Shown here piece by piece: positions 1 through 12,693 of a stretch of 64,000 nt of DNA. Position 1 is the stretch's first letter; every line of letters begins with the position of its first letter. Source of the DNA: Malacoraja senta (Eukaryota); the NCBI GenBank assembly GCA_038087875.1, contig CM075988.1, forward strand, positions 14,200,001-14,264,000, in the 5' to 3' direction. The position numbers and the translations under genes were made by a program. The notes beneath the pieces were generated by a model. The model was not told the DNA's origin. It made no database searches and was given only the letters and a program-made list of their open reading frames with translations.

Positions 1-321
1 GTAGTTTCTGTTCTTGAATGTACAAAAATAAAATTCATGCCTACAGACTAGAAAGTTTACTTCATAATGAATCTCTGGCAAAATTAATCACAACCACAAA
101 GGGTGGCATAATTTTAGCATGCTTCTGATTTACTACTAGACATCCATTACAACATTTAATGATTAATGGTGTGATGTGATATTCAATAGTGCTTTGCCTT
201 AGGAGGGACAATAAATATTTCCCCCCTAATTAAAGGACCTAAAACAAAATGATAAGTTTACCTCAAATTGTATTTATTTGGGCCTCCTAAATAATATCCC
301 AAAACATGAATTTTTCCAATA

Positions 322-624
322 GGGCAGCATGGTGGAGCAGCGGTAGAGTTGCTGCTTTACAGAGCCAGAGACCCGGGTTCGATCCTGACTACGGGTGCTG
401 TCTGTACGGAGTTTATACATTCTACCTGTGACCTGCGTGGGTTTTCTCCGGGATCTCCGGTTACCTCCCACATTCCAAAGACATATAGGTTCGTACGTTA
501 ATTGGCTTGGTATAATTGTAAATTGTCGCTCGTGTGTATGATAGCGTTAGTGTGCAAGATTAGCTGGTTGGCGTGGACTCAGTGGGCCGAAGGACGTGTT
601 TCCATTCTGTATCTCTAAACTAAA
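322..624 (+). mobile_element. tRNA-derived V-SINE (HE1-like)
   Basis: A box (tggtggagcagcgg), B box (gggttcgatcc), V-domain-like core gagtttatacattctacctgtgacctgcgtgggttttctcc, CR1-like 3' tail. Confidence 0.88.
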
Positions 625-2642
625 TCAAACACAACACGTTGCCAAGAGAAAATACCCAAATCTTGGATAAAGGAGTATTTTTGAGTGGTCTTAAAGGAAG
701 AAAGAGAGGGAAATAAGAGACTTCTACTGAGACAATAAGAATAGCAGGCACACTTGAGAAGTGTGGGTATGAATTTGAAGAGGACAGCTTACGTGGAGAG
801 ATTAAGTAAGATAGGAGAGCGAGCATGATGAAGAAGCTGAACTCACTGAGGATGAGTTTGCTCAATACAGAGGGTCTGGGATGAGAGCAGTGAAGACATC
901 TTGTGATGAAATATGTAATTTTTGGAATGCAATTCTGCTGGATGATCATTAATTATCGGAAAAGCTAGCACTTTTCAATCTTTAATAAAAAGATGAATTT
1001 TGCCGCTTGTTCATACAAATTATCTCCTTAGTTCCAAAAATGATATACAACACAAAGGCACAGACAGACTGATGATGATTGCTAATGGGCTTTAGTGCTG
1101 CTCCACAAGAGGGATTTCAGAGAGCCCGTTCTTCTTAGAGTGTCTAATTTAAGAACTGCTTTCGGTGATTAGGATGACTATGAAGTTAAGATAGATGATA
1201 TGTGCATCTCAATTCTTAAGTAATTCCAACTGCCATTTTAATGTAGCATTGTCAGGTAAATGATCATTTTGACTGGATTGAATTTCAAGCAGTTCTGAAT
1301 GAAATTTGGTGTGCATATTGTCTTGACTGGCTGCACTGTCCTGACACTTTTCTAGCTGCATCTCTACATGCACACCTGTGGCCTTTTGTAATAGTTGTGC
1401 AGAGTTATAAAGTCACAGAGTAATAAGCGAGTTCGGTATTCCGATAAAAGCAAGGAATCATGGGATTTGTCAAAGGTCATTCGGGGGGAAAAAAAGCGAA
1501 CGCAGCACTGTATACACTGTATAAATTGTTAAATATTCTACCAATGAATTAGTCTAGAATTCTGTCAACTCAATAGCTCCTTTCTTGTTCTGCTGTTCAC
1601 ACACAACGTACCCAGTCCCAGTTCTACTTCAGTTCATTAATCTGCAATTATGAGATATTTAAAATGTTAAATAATTTGTTATTTTCATTTAATCCTTAAT
1701 GCGTTTGCTACTGGAATAAGAAAATATTACTTATGTTTGAAACATTTTCTTATCTTTATTCATAATTTATGTGTAAAAATATATTTCATCTTATATTTAA
1801 GGCAGCGACTGTATCAGTGTGATGTGGGGCTGAAGCTTTCCCTACGGGCGGTGTGAATATACCGTTAAGGCAGGGGCCAGCCTGTAACCATCCGGCCCGC
1901 AGGCATATTTTTTTAGTAGCTAGAATGTTGTTCTTGCCTTCAGTGGGACCTTGCCCAGAGTTGTTCCAGTGCTTGGGCAAGGGAGCTCTCCGGGACGGTT
2001 TTGACTGTGATGATTTTACATTCACTGTGCCCGAGTTATTGATCAGAGTGAACACCTGCTCCTGTGGACACGTCTCACAGTGGAGTCTGGCACACACGGA
2101 TTCCACCGCCTGTTGGTCAATAATTGGATCGATCTCCTGAACCAGTGGCTGTGGATCTACCGGCGTGTGTTCTTTCCAAACTAAACTCACTGTGGAATGA
2201 ATCCATTAACAGAGCCACCCTACTGCCGGATTCCAAGCTGTCCCTGCCTTCCCTCTGTAACTCTCCTCGTCCCCATCAGATGCCAAGTTCCCAGAGCCCT
2301 GGTTAAACGCGGCCGGTCACTGTTAAGTCTGTGAAACCGGCCACATCAGAGACAGCGGGCAGGATTAACGAAAGAAAGGACCATTCCACCTATTGTAGTG
2401 GGTGGCTGTTCATGAGGAGTGTGAGAGAGAGTGGAGGAGTATGGGGCGAGATTTAATTTCCAGCGGCATGTAAATGATGGAGTTTGTTTATTGTCAGCCA
2501 AGTTAAAAAAATAAAACACAAAGCGACCTGAATGATCGCCGCACTTACTGCTGATGTCCTACATACTGCCATTGATAAAGTTACATTACTATACCGCAAG
2601 GAGTGAACAAATTGGTGACCTGTGTGTGAGCTGTGACCTGCA

Positions 2643-2744
2643 AGGTGTGACCTGTACAAAAAGGACGGGTTGCACTTGAACCCGAGGGGGACCAATATCC
2701 TGGCAGGTAGATTTGCAAAGGCTACTGCGGAGACGTTAAACTAG
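2643..2744 (+). pseudogene. C-terminal fragment of CR1 ORF1 (SGNH/GDSL esterase-like, DGLH motif)
   Basis: Frame RCDLYKKDGLHLNPRGTNILAGRFAKATAETLN* directly upstream of ORF2. DxxH is the catalytic block of esterase-type CR1 ORF1. Confidence 0.8.
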
Positions 2745-5561
2745 AACGGTGGGGGGAGGGACTCAAATAGAGAAAGCTAGTAGACAGTGTGTGAGGCAGG
2801 AGGCAGAGAAGGAAAGCACTCAGACCCAACATGTAGGGGGGGAAGAAGAAAAAAATAATAAACAGAGAATAAGAGGTGGTGGGTTTCTTAAATGTGTGAG
2901 CAGAGAGACAGAGGGGTGTAAAATGACGGTAGAAGCAATAGGTAACAAGGTGAAAAGTAAAAGTGGCAGGCAGACAAATCCAGGGCAAAAATCAAAAAGG
3001 GCCACTTTTCAACATAATTGTAAGAGCGTTGTAAAAACAAGCCTGAAGGCTTTGTGTCTCAATGCAAGGAGCATTTGTAATAAGGTGGATGAGTTGAATG
3101 TGCAGATGGCTATTAAAGATTATGATATAGTTGGGATCACGGAGACATGGCTCCAGGGTGACCAAGGGTGGGAGCTGAACATCCAGGGATATTCAATATT
3201 CAGGAGGGATAGACAGAAAGGAAAAGGAGGTGGGGTAGCGCTGCTGGTTAGAGAGGACATTAACGCAATGGAAAGGAAGGACATTAGCTTGGAGGATGTG
3301 GGTAGAGCTATGAAACACTAAGGGGCAGAAAACGCTAGTGGGTGTTGTGTACACACCACCTACCAGTAGTAGTGGAGTTGGGGATGGCATCAAACAGGAA
3401 ATTAGAAATGCGTGCAACAAAGGTAAAACAGTTATAATGGGTGACTTCAATCTACATATAGATTGGGTGAATCAAATTGGCAGGGGTGCTGAGGAAGAGG
3501 ATTTCTTGGAATGTATGCGGGATAGTTTTCTAAACCAACATGTAGAGGAACCAACGAGAGAGCAGACTATTCTAGACTGGGTATTGAGTAATGAGGAAGG
3601 GTTAGTTAGCAGTCTTGTTGTGCGTGGCCCCTTGGGCAAGAGTGACCATAATATGGTTGAGTTCTTCATTAGGATGGAGAGTGAGATTGTTAATTCAGAA
3701 ACAAGGGTTCTGAACTTAAAGAAAGGTAACTTTGAGGGTATGAGACGCGAATTGGCCAAGATTGACTGGTAATTGATTCTTAAAGGGTTGATGGTGGATA
3801 TGCAATGGAAGGCATTTAAAGACTGCATGGATGAACTACAACAATTATTCATCCCAGTTTGGCAAAAGAATAAATTAGGGAAGGTAGTGCATCCGTGGAT
3901 AACAAGGGAAATCTGGGATAGTATCAAAACAAAAGATGAAGCGTACAAATTAGCCAGAAAAAGCAGCCTACCAGAGGACTGGGAGAAATGAAGAGTCCAG
4001 CAGAGGAGGACAAAGGGCTTAATTAGGAAAGGGAAAATAGATTATGAAAGAAAACTGGCTGGGAACATAAAAACTGACTGCAAACGTTTTAATAGATATG
4101 TGAAGAGAAAGAGATTAGTTTAAAGCAAATGTAGGTCCCTTGCAGTCAGAAACAGGTGAATTGATCATGGGGAACAAGGACATGGCAGACCAATTGAATA
4201 ACTACTTTGGTTCTGTCTTCACTAAGGAAGGCATAAATAATCTGCCGGAAGTAGCAGGGGACCGCGGGTCAAATGAGATGGAGGAACTGAGTGAAATCCA
4301 GGTTAGCCGGGAAGTGGTGTTAGGTAAATTGAATGGATTAAAGGCCGATAAATCCCCAGGGCCAGATAGGCTGCATCCCAGAGTACGTAAGGAAGTAGCC
4401 CCAGAAATAGTGGATGCATTAGTGATAATTTTTCAAAACTCCTTAGATTCTGGAATAGTTCCTGAGGATTGGAGGGTAGCTAATGTAACCCCACTTTTTA
4501 AAAAGGGAGGGAGAGACAAAACAGGGAATTACAGACCAGTTAGTCTAACATCGGTAGTGGGGAAACTGCTAGAGTCAGTTATTAAAGATGGGATAGCAGC
4601 ACATTTGGAAAGTGGTGAAATCATTGGACAAAATCAGCATGGATTTACGAAAGGTAAATCATGTCTGACGAATCTTATAGAATTTTTCGAGGATGTAACT
4701 AGTTGAGTGCATAAGCGAGAACCAGTGGATGTGTTATATCTGGACTTTCAGAAGGCTTTTGACAAGGTCCCACATAAGAGATTAGTATACAAACTTAAAG
4801 CACACGGTATTGGGGGTTCAGTATTGATGTGGATAAAGAACTGGCTGGCAAACAGGAAGCAAAGAGCAGGAGTAAACGGGTCCTTTTCAGAATGGCAGGC
4901 CGTGACTAGTGGGGTACCACAAGGCTCAGTGCTGGGACCCCAGCTATTTACAATATATATTAATGATTTGGACGAGGGAATTGAATGCAACATCTCCAAG
5001 TTTGCGGATGACACGAAGCTGGGGGGCAGTGTTAGCTGTGAGGAGGATGCTAGGAGGCTGCAAGGTGACTTGGATAGGCGGGGTGAGTGGGCAAATGCAT
5101 GGCAGATGCAGTATAATGTGGGTAAATGTGAGGTTATCCACTTTGGTGGCAAAAACAGGAAAGTAGACTATTATCTAAATGGTGACCGATTAGGAAAAGG
5201 GGAGATGCAACGAGACCTGGGTGTCATGGTACACCAGTCATTGAAAGTAGGCATGCAGGTGCAGCAGGCAGTGAAGAAAGCAAATGGTATGTTAGCATTC
5301 ATAGCAAAAGGATTTGAGTATAGGAGCAGGGAGGTTCTACTGCAGTTGTACAGGGTCTTGGTGAGACCACACCTGGAGTATTGCGTACAGTTTTGGTCTC
5401 CAAATCTGAGGAAAGACATTCTTGCCATAGAGGGATCAGGGGTATGGAGAGAAGGCAGGTACAGGATACCGAGTTGGATGATCAGCCATGATCATATTGA
5501 ATGGCGGTGCAGGCTCGAAGGGCCGAATGGCCTACTCCTGCACCTATTTTCTATGTTTCTA
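2643..5561 (+). mobile_element. CR1-clade LINE (HER1-like), 5'-truncated and disrupted: end of ORF1, broken ORF2, 3' UTR
   Basis: ORF1 tail DLYKKDGLHLNPRGTNILAGRF..* (2643-2744). Endonuclease motifs LNARSI, GITETW, GDFN, SDHN. RT motifs YRPVSLTS, QHGF, QGSVLGP, FADD split by stops and frameshifts. Ends in the CR1 tail ttttctatgtttcta. Confidence 0.95.
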
Positions 5562-5635
5562 AATCCAAATATATCACTGCAAACTGCAAACGTTTGTTTG
5601 CCGAAGTTCTTACCAGGCACACCAATAATTGCAAT

Positions 5636-5766
5636 GAGCATATAACTGTTATACCAGTGTCTCAAACTAACTGCAATGTTCAGTAGACATAATACTGCTC
5701 AAAGCAATATTATGTCTACTGAACATAGCAGTTAGTTTATGACACATGTATAACAGTTATATGCTC
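5636..5766. repeat. Long imperfect palindrome (64-bp arms, 3-nt loop)
   Basis: 5636-5699 pairs with 5703-5766 at 58/64 positions (manual count). Confidence 0.92.
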
Positions 5767-6019
5767 CGAAGCATAAAGCGTAAAACACTGAAGCAAAAAG
5801 CAATAAAAACAACAAAATTATCATAGTTTTGTACAAATGAACTGTAAATACACCGTTAATGGTTTTGAAAGCAGTATTTTCTTACCTCGAAGAAGCAAAA
5901 CTGGAAAATACGGATGAAACGTAGGTTTGTATACATGCAGCAGCTCAGCTGGCGAGAATGTTTATCGCGAATGACCTATGACCTGGGCATGCGCAGTTGA
6001 AATACCAAACTTGCTTATT

Positions 6020-6275
6020 AAGGAGTACAGCACAGATGCAGGCCCTTCGGCCCAGCTCATACATGCTGCCTAAGATGTTGATCTATGCTAATCCCATTTG
6101 ACTGCAATAGGTTTGCATCCCACTACTACTTCCTCATACAAATACCTGCCCAAATGTCTGTTAAACGTTGTAATTGTATCTGCCCAAACCAATTTCTCTG
6201 GCAGCTTGTTCCAGAAAACCACCAACCTCTGTGTGAAAAACCTGCCCCTCAGACTTCCTTTAAATTTCTTCCCTA
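6020..6275 (-). mobile_element. CR1 3' fragment
   Basis: Peptide FFTQRLVVFWNKLPE on the minus strand. Confidence 0.75.
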
Positions 6276-7718
6276 GATAAGAGAGGGAAGATTGCTTCCC
6301 TCTCAGCGGGTCAGACATCAACTCTGGAGAACATGGATTGGCAATGTTTCTGAGGATGGTTTCCAAAGTGAAACATTGTCCTAGCCATGTCCTCCAGAGA
6401 TGCTGCCTGACCCATTGAGTTACTCCAACACTTTGTGTTTTAAGCAGGATCCTCATGACTGCTCCAACATGGAAACATCAGGTCTGACATTACAAACAGC
6501 CCAAATTCCTCACCAATCTATCTTATATACACATCTCTTACCACCAGGGAAAACAGCCATTTTTAAAAGATAAAGTAAGTTTCAGATTCAGTGACTGAGA
6601 AAATCTGTTTTATCGTCATTTTCACTTTTGGAGATTAGAAGGTTGAGGGGGGACCTCATTGAAACTTGCAGAATAATAAAAGGCATGGATAGAGTGAAAG
6701 TGGAAAGGATGTTTCCACTGGTGGGAGAGTCTAGGACCAGAGGTCATAGTTTCACAATAAAGGGCGCTCTTTTAGAAAGGAGGTGAGGAGGAACTTGATG
6801 GGCCGAATGGTCTAATTCTGCTCCTATAACTTGTGAACTTGAATTTTTCAATCCAAAACAATTAAAATGTCATTTTCGGTTAGTCTTGGGCACATTTAAA
6901 AAGCAACACAACTTATGGTGGAAAGATCTGTTGAAGAATAAATGGTTTGCTTTTACGTCTTTCATTTTCTTTCCATTTATCTGAACAGCTTGGGGTTTTC
7001 AGTGTTCAATGTGTCATGTTACAGTTGTTATCCTCTCAGCAAATCAGTGCATGCATTATCATATGACACTGTCAGCAACTGCATAATGACAAATCTCTGT
7101 TTATTTTCCACGGTGCAAGCTGTCTATTCCCTGCTGGAGGTGACTTCAAGTTTCCAGGTCCCTACTGTATCACGAAGCAGCTCTGCAAGTTCACTTGAAT
7201 GAACCATTGTCTTTCGCTTCGTCCCAGTTTAGTGCTCGTGAATGAATGGTCCCAGAAAGGCGACACATTCCAGAGGAGATAATCAAGTGCATAGCAACTA
7301 TTTATTCCACAATATTATTTCAATAAACTAATATAGGTCCTGTCTCTGCAATATCCGTAGGAAGTGACCATTTACGGAGGTGGATGGTTGTGTTGGCACT
7401 TCCGCAGTTTGCGATCTATTTTAGAAACGAGTGTAAACGTTGTGCAGTTAAACTCCATTAATCCTGCATCAGAAATCCTGTTACCTGAGCATTTGAGTCA
7501 CTGGTTACGTGGAGAGTGAGCGAGGGATCCGGTGCACAAAGGGACTGTGGGGGGAGAACCAGGAGAGTAAAATGCTGCAGGAGTTGTGGTCAGGAACAAT
7601 GAGGTCAGGAATATTGGTAGATTTGCTGTGGGAGTTGGGGACCGTAAAGTTTGGATGTTTCAGCTTCTTTTGATAAACTGATGCCCCCAAGCTGATACTC
7701 ACTAGGTTCTACACCTTA

Positions 7719-8086
7719 GGTAGACAAAAATGTGGGAGGAACTCAGTGGGTGAGGCAGCATCTATGGAGAGAAGGAATAGGCATAATTTCGAGTCGAGAC
7801 ACTTCCTCAGACTGATGTTGGTGGGGGGGGGCCAGAAAAAGAAAGGAAGAGGCGGAGACAATAGGCATGTGGGAGAGCTGGGAAGGGGGAGGGGAAGGAA
7901 GGAGAAAGCAAGGACTATCTGAAATTAGAGAAGTCAATGTTCTTACCGCTGGGGTGTAAAGTACCTAAGAAAAATATGAGGTGCTGTTCCTCCAATTTGC
8001 GCTGGGCCTCACTCTGGCAATGGAGGAGGCCCAGGACAGAAGGGACAGATTCGGAATGGGAGGGGGAGTTGAAGTGCTGAGCCACT
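7719..8086 (-). mobile_element. Penelope-like element terminal (pLTR) remnant
   Basis: gacaaaaatg..ggag..actcag..ggcagcatct family, with a degenerate hammerhead core on the minus strand. Confidence 0.65.
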
Positions 8087-8599
8087 GGGAGAAATATCTC
8101 GCTGCCTACAAAAACATCAGGCTCACTGGAAAATGCATTGCGTGGGATGTTAAAAAAAAGTGCAAAAAGTTAAATAAAAGTGTGTTTGGATATTAACAGG
8201 TGTAACATCAATGGTGCAGCAAATATGCCTGTCTGCCTACACTGAAGTCTCGAGTGTGCTGGGTACTGGAGTTTTACTGTAGTTCCACTTCTCACCAGGA
8301 CCCGGAGTACTTAAATTCTTTAGAGGAACAAGGCTGGAGTAGAGAACAGGTGTGGGGTAGCCGAAGTGGGGGAGATATGGGTTTCTGACCTCCCGCAGTT
8401 TTTAATTATCCACAGAGCTGATGTTCACAACATTGTCCTATACCAGAGGTTCTCCATGTCCGAGTTATGTTCGGAGAAGCTTTTAGAAATATTGATAGAG
8501 GGAATACAAAGTGCTGGAGTGACTCAGCAGATCGGGCTGCATCTCTAGGATACATGGATAGATGACATTTTGGGTGGGGACCATTCTTCAGTCTTGAAA

Positions 8600-9450
8600 A
8601 TTCAAGAATGTGTTCAAAGCTTCCTTGAAGAAATGCAACACCCCATCACCGTGCTGCCAAAACTAAAGGTTGAAAGTGACCCTTTGGATCATGTGGTCAC
8701 CTTCTCATGTCAAACGGAGCATCTCATGTCAATGACAGACATTGATATTGAAGTTCACCATCACTTTTAATGCATCAAGACAGCCTTTAATCGATTGAAG
8801 GAAAGCGTATTGGAAAGTTAAGATCGTAGACCTGGCATAAAACTCGTGGTCTAACAATGATCCCTGGCAGCCGATGTAATTCTGAGACTTGGACTATCTA
8901 TAGCAAACATCTTAAAGTACTGAAGAAATACCACCTTTGCAAAACCCTCAATTCACTAGAAGTATAAGCAAACCACTGTCAGACTCACCTCTCAGGCCAA
9001 CATTTCCAGTACTGTGATCATAGCTACTCTCCGTCATTTGTGTTGGCCAGGCCACATCATTCCCATACAGGACACCAAACTCTCAAAACATATACTTTAT
9101 TCTGAACTCGGTCATGGAAAGGGATTACCAGACAGAGAATATTCAAGGATTCATTCAAATCTACCTTAAAGAAATGCAACAATCCCGCTGACTGTTGGGA
9201 ATCTCTAGCCCATGACCACTCAAAATGGAGAAGAACCATTTGGGATGGTCTTGAGAACCTCATGGCCATGGCATCAGGAACCCAAAGAGGCCCTGCTCGG
9301 AGTGCACCATCACACAATCTTCCCACCACGACAGGTATTTCCTCTCTCCTGTCAGCAGTTTCCATATTGGCTCCATCAACCTCGTCAGTATACAGGAGGC
9401 CAGAGTATAAACAAGTCATCCTCAATCTGCAGAAATGCCCATGAAGAAGC
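8600..9450 (+). mobile_element. Degraded RTE-clade LINE 3' portion
   Basis: Frameshifted peptides SETWTIYSKHLKVLKKYH, DTKLSKHILYSELGHGK and FKDSFKSTLKKCNNPADCWESLAHDHSKWRRTI resemble the RTE/BovB ORF C-terminus. Confidence 0.7.
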
Positions 9451-9627
9451 AGAATGTGTAAAGTTACTGCAAACCTCAACTGTAGGACACAAGAACCCAG
9501 AATGCTAATACAACAAGGAAAGATTATTAGAGACCAAGAAGGCAGTACATTTCCAAACAGTCATTATTTATGGAGCTATTTTGCTTGGAACAAAAAAAAC
9601 GGAGCCATGTTCCTTTTGAAGCCTTAC

Positions 9628-9779
9628 CGTGTATTTCCGAGTGCTCTCAAGCAACACATTGTCTCGCAGCCAGCTCACAACAGGTTTGGGGTTCCCGAAT
9701 GCTGTGCATGTGAGGGTGATGCTGCTTCCTTCCTTGGCTTTCACATAGACGGGAGGAGTTTCCGTGAATGTAGGGGGAG
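9628..9779 (-). CDS. IGSF9B: Internal coding exon of IGSF9B / protein turtle homolog B (first part of second Ig domain)
   Basis: Minus-strand translation (A)PPTFTETPPVYVKAKEGSSITLTCTAFGNPKPVVSWLRDNVLLESTRKYT matches, from memory, human IGSF9B APPTFTETPPQYIEAKEGGSITMTCTAFGNPKPIVTWLKEG better than IGSF9. Acceptor ttcAG ends at 9780 (phase 1) and donor GTAAGG starts at 9627 (phase 0). Neighbouring exons were not found in the window. Confidence 0.85.
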
Positions 9780-9917
9780 CTGAAGAGTCAAACAAAGCAA
9801 TCGCTTTAAATTACTAATATAAGCACTTCTGAACATTCCAAATACCAGCTAGCAATTTCTTCATTGTAAAACACAAGCATATATGTTGTCAATTTGTAAA
9901 GAGACCACCGTTTTATG

Positions 9918-10297
9918 TTAGTCTAGTCTAGTCTAGAGATACAGTATGGAAAAAGGGTCTCAGCCCACTGAGTCCACTCTGACCATCGATCACTTGTTCA
10001 GACTAGTTATATATTATCCCACTATCGTATCCATTCCCTATGCGCTGGTGGAAAATTATAGAGGACAATTAAAATAAGCACCTGGAGGATGACCATGCAG
10101 TCAGAAGGAGAAGGTGCAAACTTCGTACAGACAGCACCTGAGGTCAGGAATGAACACGGGTCTCTGACATTGTGAGGCAGCAGCTCTACCAGCTAAACAA
10201 TAACACAATCATACTTTATTAGCCAGGTATATTTTGCAACACGCGAGGAAATTTATCCGCAAAGTCAGTCGTACAAATCAATGCCACTGTGCCGCCC
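9918..10297 (-). mobile_element. HE1-like V-SINE, interrupted near its head
   Basis: Reverse complement of the 322-624 family, with a short insertion at about 10197-10282. Confidence 0.75.
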
Positions 10298-10756
10298 TAT
10301 TGATAGGGGTCTTTTGCTAATATTGCTTTCACTTCGTACCACATGGCGTTAATGGGTGGCATGAGATCAGGCCAGAAGCTTCCATAAAGCTAAAATCTAA
10401 CATTATTTAGATAAACAAAGGGGGAAAGAACATGCGATAATCAAAGAGTATGGGAATAGCAAAGGGAATGGCCACATATAATTTATGTAATTAAAATGTC
10501 TTACAAATTTTTCTAGTTTCAGGGCTGATTGGAGCAAATCATTTCAGCTACAGAAGTGTGGGGCAGGCACACTAAGGGGATGTCCTTCAGGAAATAAACC
10601 TCTCGAGAATCTTTACTATTGGACATGTTTCTGTGATCTGAGTCACTCCATTAAAAGTGTGTTGTACTGTCTTTCATCTTGCAGAATGTACTGTACCAAA
10701 TAGAAAGAAGAGTTCCAAAATACCTTCTCCTGTGCAGCAATTTCAAAGATTTAACC

Positions 10757-10992
10757 TTGAGAATAGTGAAAGGCCTGGATAAAGTGGATGTGGAGAGGAT
10801 GTTTCCACTACTGGGAGAGTCTAGGGCCAGAGGTCATAGCCATAGAATTAAAGATCATTCCTTTAGGAAGGAGATGAGGTCGAATTTCTTTGGTCAGAGG
10901 GTGAATCTGTGGAATTCATTGCCACAGAAGGCTGTGGAGGCTAAGTCAATGGATATTTTTTAAGGCATACGTAGCTAGATAGATTTTTGATT
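10757..10992 (+). mobile_element. CR1 3' fragment
   Basis: IVKGLDKVDVERMFPLLGESRARGHS..VNLWNSLPQKAVEA. Confidence 0.8.
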
Positions 10993-11033
10993 AATAAATG
11001 CTCAGTCCCACAAAACTGTGTAAGGAACACTAA

Positions 11034-11325
11034 AGGGCCAGTCCCACTTACGCCACTTTTTCGGTGACTGCCGTCACCCATATTGAAAATTCAGCAGCGA
11101 CTAGAAAGACACTACGACTCTTTGGGTGACTAGGAGACTACTCACGACCATACAGGCGACACCCTGGCGACATGTCGCGGAGTGAAGCCTGCATGGTCAT
11201 GAGTAGTCGTATCTTGTTCTGGTCGCCGCTGGATTTTCAACATGTTGAAAAATTTCGGCGAACTGTAACGACTTATGATGGGTGCCAGCAGTCGCCGAAA
11301 AAATCTCGTAAGTGGGACAGGCCCT
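11034..11325. mobile_element. PIF/Harbinger-type MITE
   Basis: TIR AGGGCCAGTCCCACTTACG / CGTAAGTGGGACAGGCCCT. TAA duplicated at 11031-11033 and 11326-11328. Confidence 0.85.
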
Positions 11326-12152
11326 TAAATGGGAAATTGTTGAATGTGATCCATAACTAAGAGCAGCAAGTGAATCTTTCCATTTTTCTTAATAACAAGT
11401 CGTAGGTAAACTGGATGACGTTCTAACCTTCATGTCTAAGATTTACTGTGCCTTAATTGCTTCACCTTGGGAATGGCCCACACACAACCCACCAAATGAT
11501 ATTGATTGTTAGCCATGCATATCAATCGACATTAGGGTCATAGTGCTCCAGTGAGTGAAATGCAACTACATTCTTCCCAAAGGATTACAGTCTGCAGTGG
11601 ACAGAGATGTATTACCAACACTACTTTATTAAACTGGAATTGCAAGGATACGGTCAATGCCACGAAAGGTTAAGTAAAATTAAGTTGATTACAGTAAAGG
11701 TAGATTGATTCTTAATGGAACTGGACAGGGCATAATTCATCATAAGTGCAACAATAACTCAGTTGTGGCTTCTTAATATCTCAGTGCAGCTGGGCTTTTT
11801 CAGACTGGAACATTTAGTGACTAAAATTTCAGTCCCAGTGAGTTTGAGTACAAAATCTTCATTCAGTGCATCACTCCAGCTGCTCTGAATAGAAAATAAT
11901 AGACATGCTCCTGTACTGGCTTGCTATGGGGTTGATAATGCTGCATTCAATGGCGATGTCCAGGGGTGACCTCTAAAACATGCAGGCAGTGTGTTGTCAG
12001 TACCTTCTTTCTTCAGCTGCCTTCTGTATTCCCACTTTACCTCATGTGTCATGTACTCTACATTTTCCTGCTGACCACTAGAAAAACTTCACATACTGTT
12101 TAAAAAATTATGTCATTGATGCTTCGCACTCATAAACATGCTCGGAAGTCTC

Positions 12153-12541
12153 TTTAGTTTAGTTTAGAGATACAGCGTGGAAACAATAGACAATAGGTGC
12201 AGTAGGCCATTCGACCCCGAGCTAGCACCGCCATTCACTGTGTTCATGGCTGATCATCCACAATCAGTACCCCGTTCCTGCCTTCTCATGCCCTCCGAGT
12301 TGGCACCGACCAGGGATCCCTGCACATTAACACTATCCTACACACACAAGGGACAATTTAAATTTTATACCAAGCCAATTAACCTATAAATCTATACGTC
12401 TTTGGAGTATGGGAGGCAACCGAAGATCTCGGAGCAAACCCATGTGGTCAGGGGGTTACAGACAGCACCCGTAGTCGGGATCGAACCCGGGTCTCCAGCG
12501 CTGTAAGGCAGCAACACTACTGCTGCGCCACCATGCTGCCC
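12153..12541 (-). mobile_element. HE1-like V-SINE containing a CR1 3'-end fragment (about 12186-12290)
   Basis: SINE tail (tttag)n agatacagc, inserted caataggtgcagtaggccattcg..., SINE head ...ctgcgccaccatgctgccc. Confidence 0.8.
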
Positions 12542-12693
12542 CTCTTCTGGGAGCTTTTGGCCTCATAAAATGCCTCTGACCATGAGGAGATAGCATTTGA
12601 GCCTAATATTTTAAACTACAATACAATATATCAAATTCTACACTGTCTGTCTGTACTGAACTGTGCAAGGCAGCATGCTATCTGGAAGACTGA

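Noticed and set aside
322..400. tRNA gene (A and B boxes)
   Set aside because: It is the tRNA-derived head of a SINE that continues into the V-domain and LINE-like tail; the same applies to all other copies.
9568..9795. 75-aa ORF as a standalone gene
   Set aside because: Only 9628-9779 is homologous and it is bounded by splice signals; the rest is intronic read-through.
10325..10345. Minus-strand WYE motif as a candidate IGSF9B Ig1 exon
   Set aside because: Reads WYEVK, lacking the conserved Cys and surrounding similarity.
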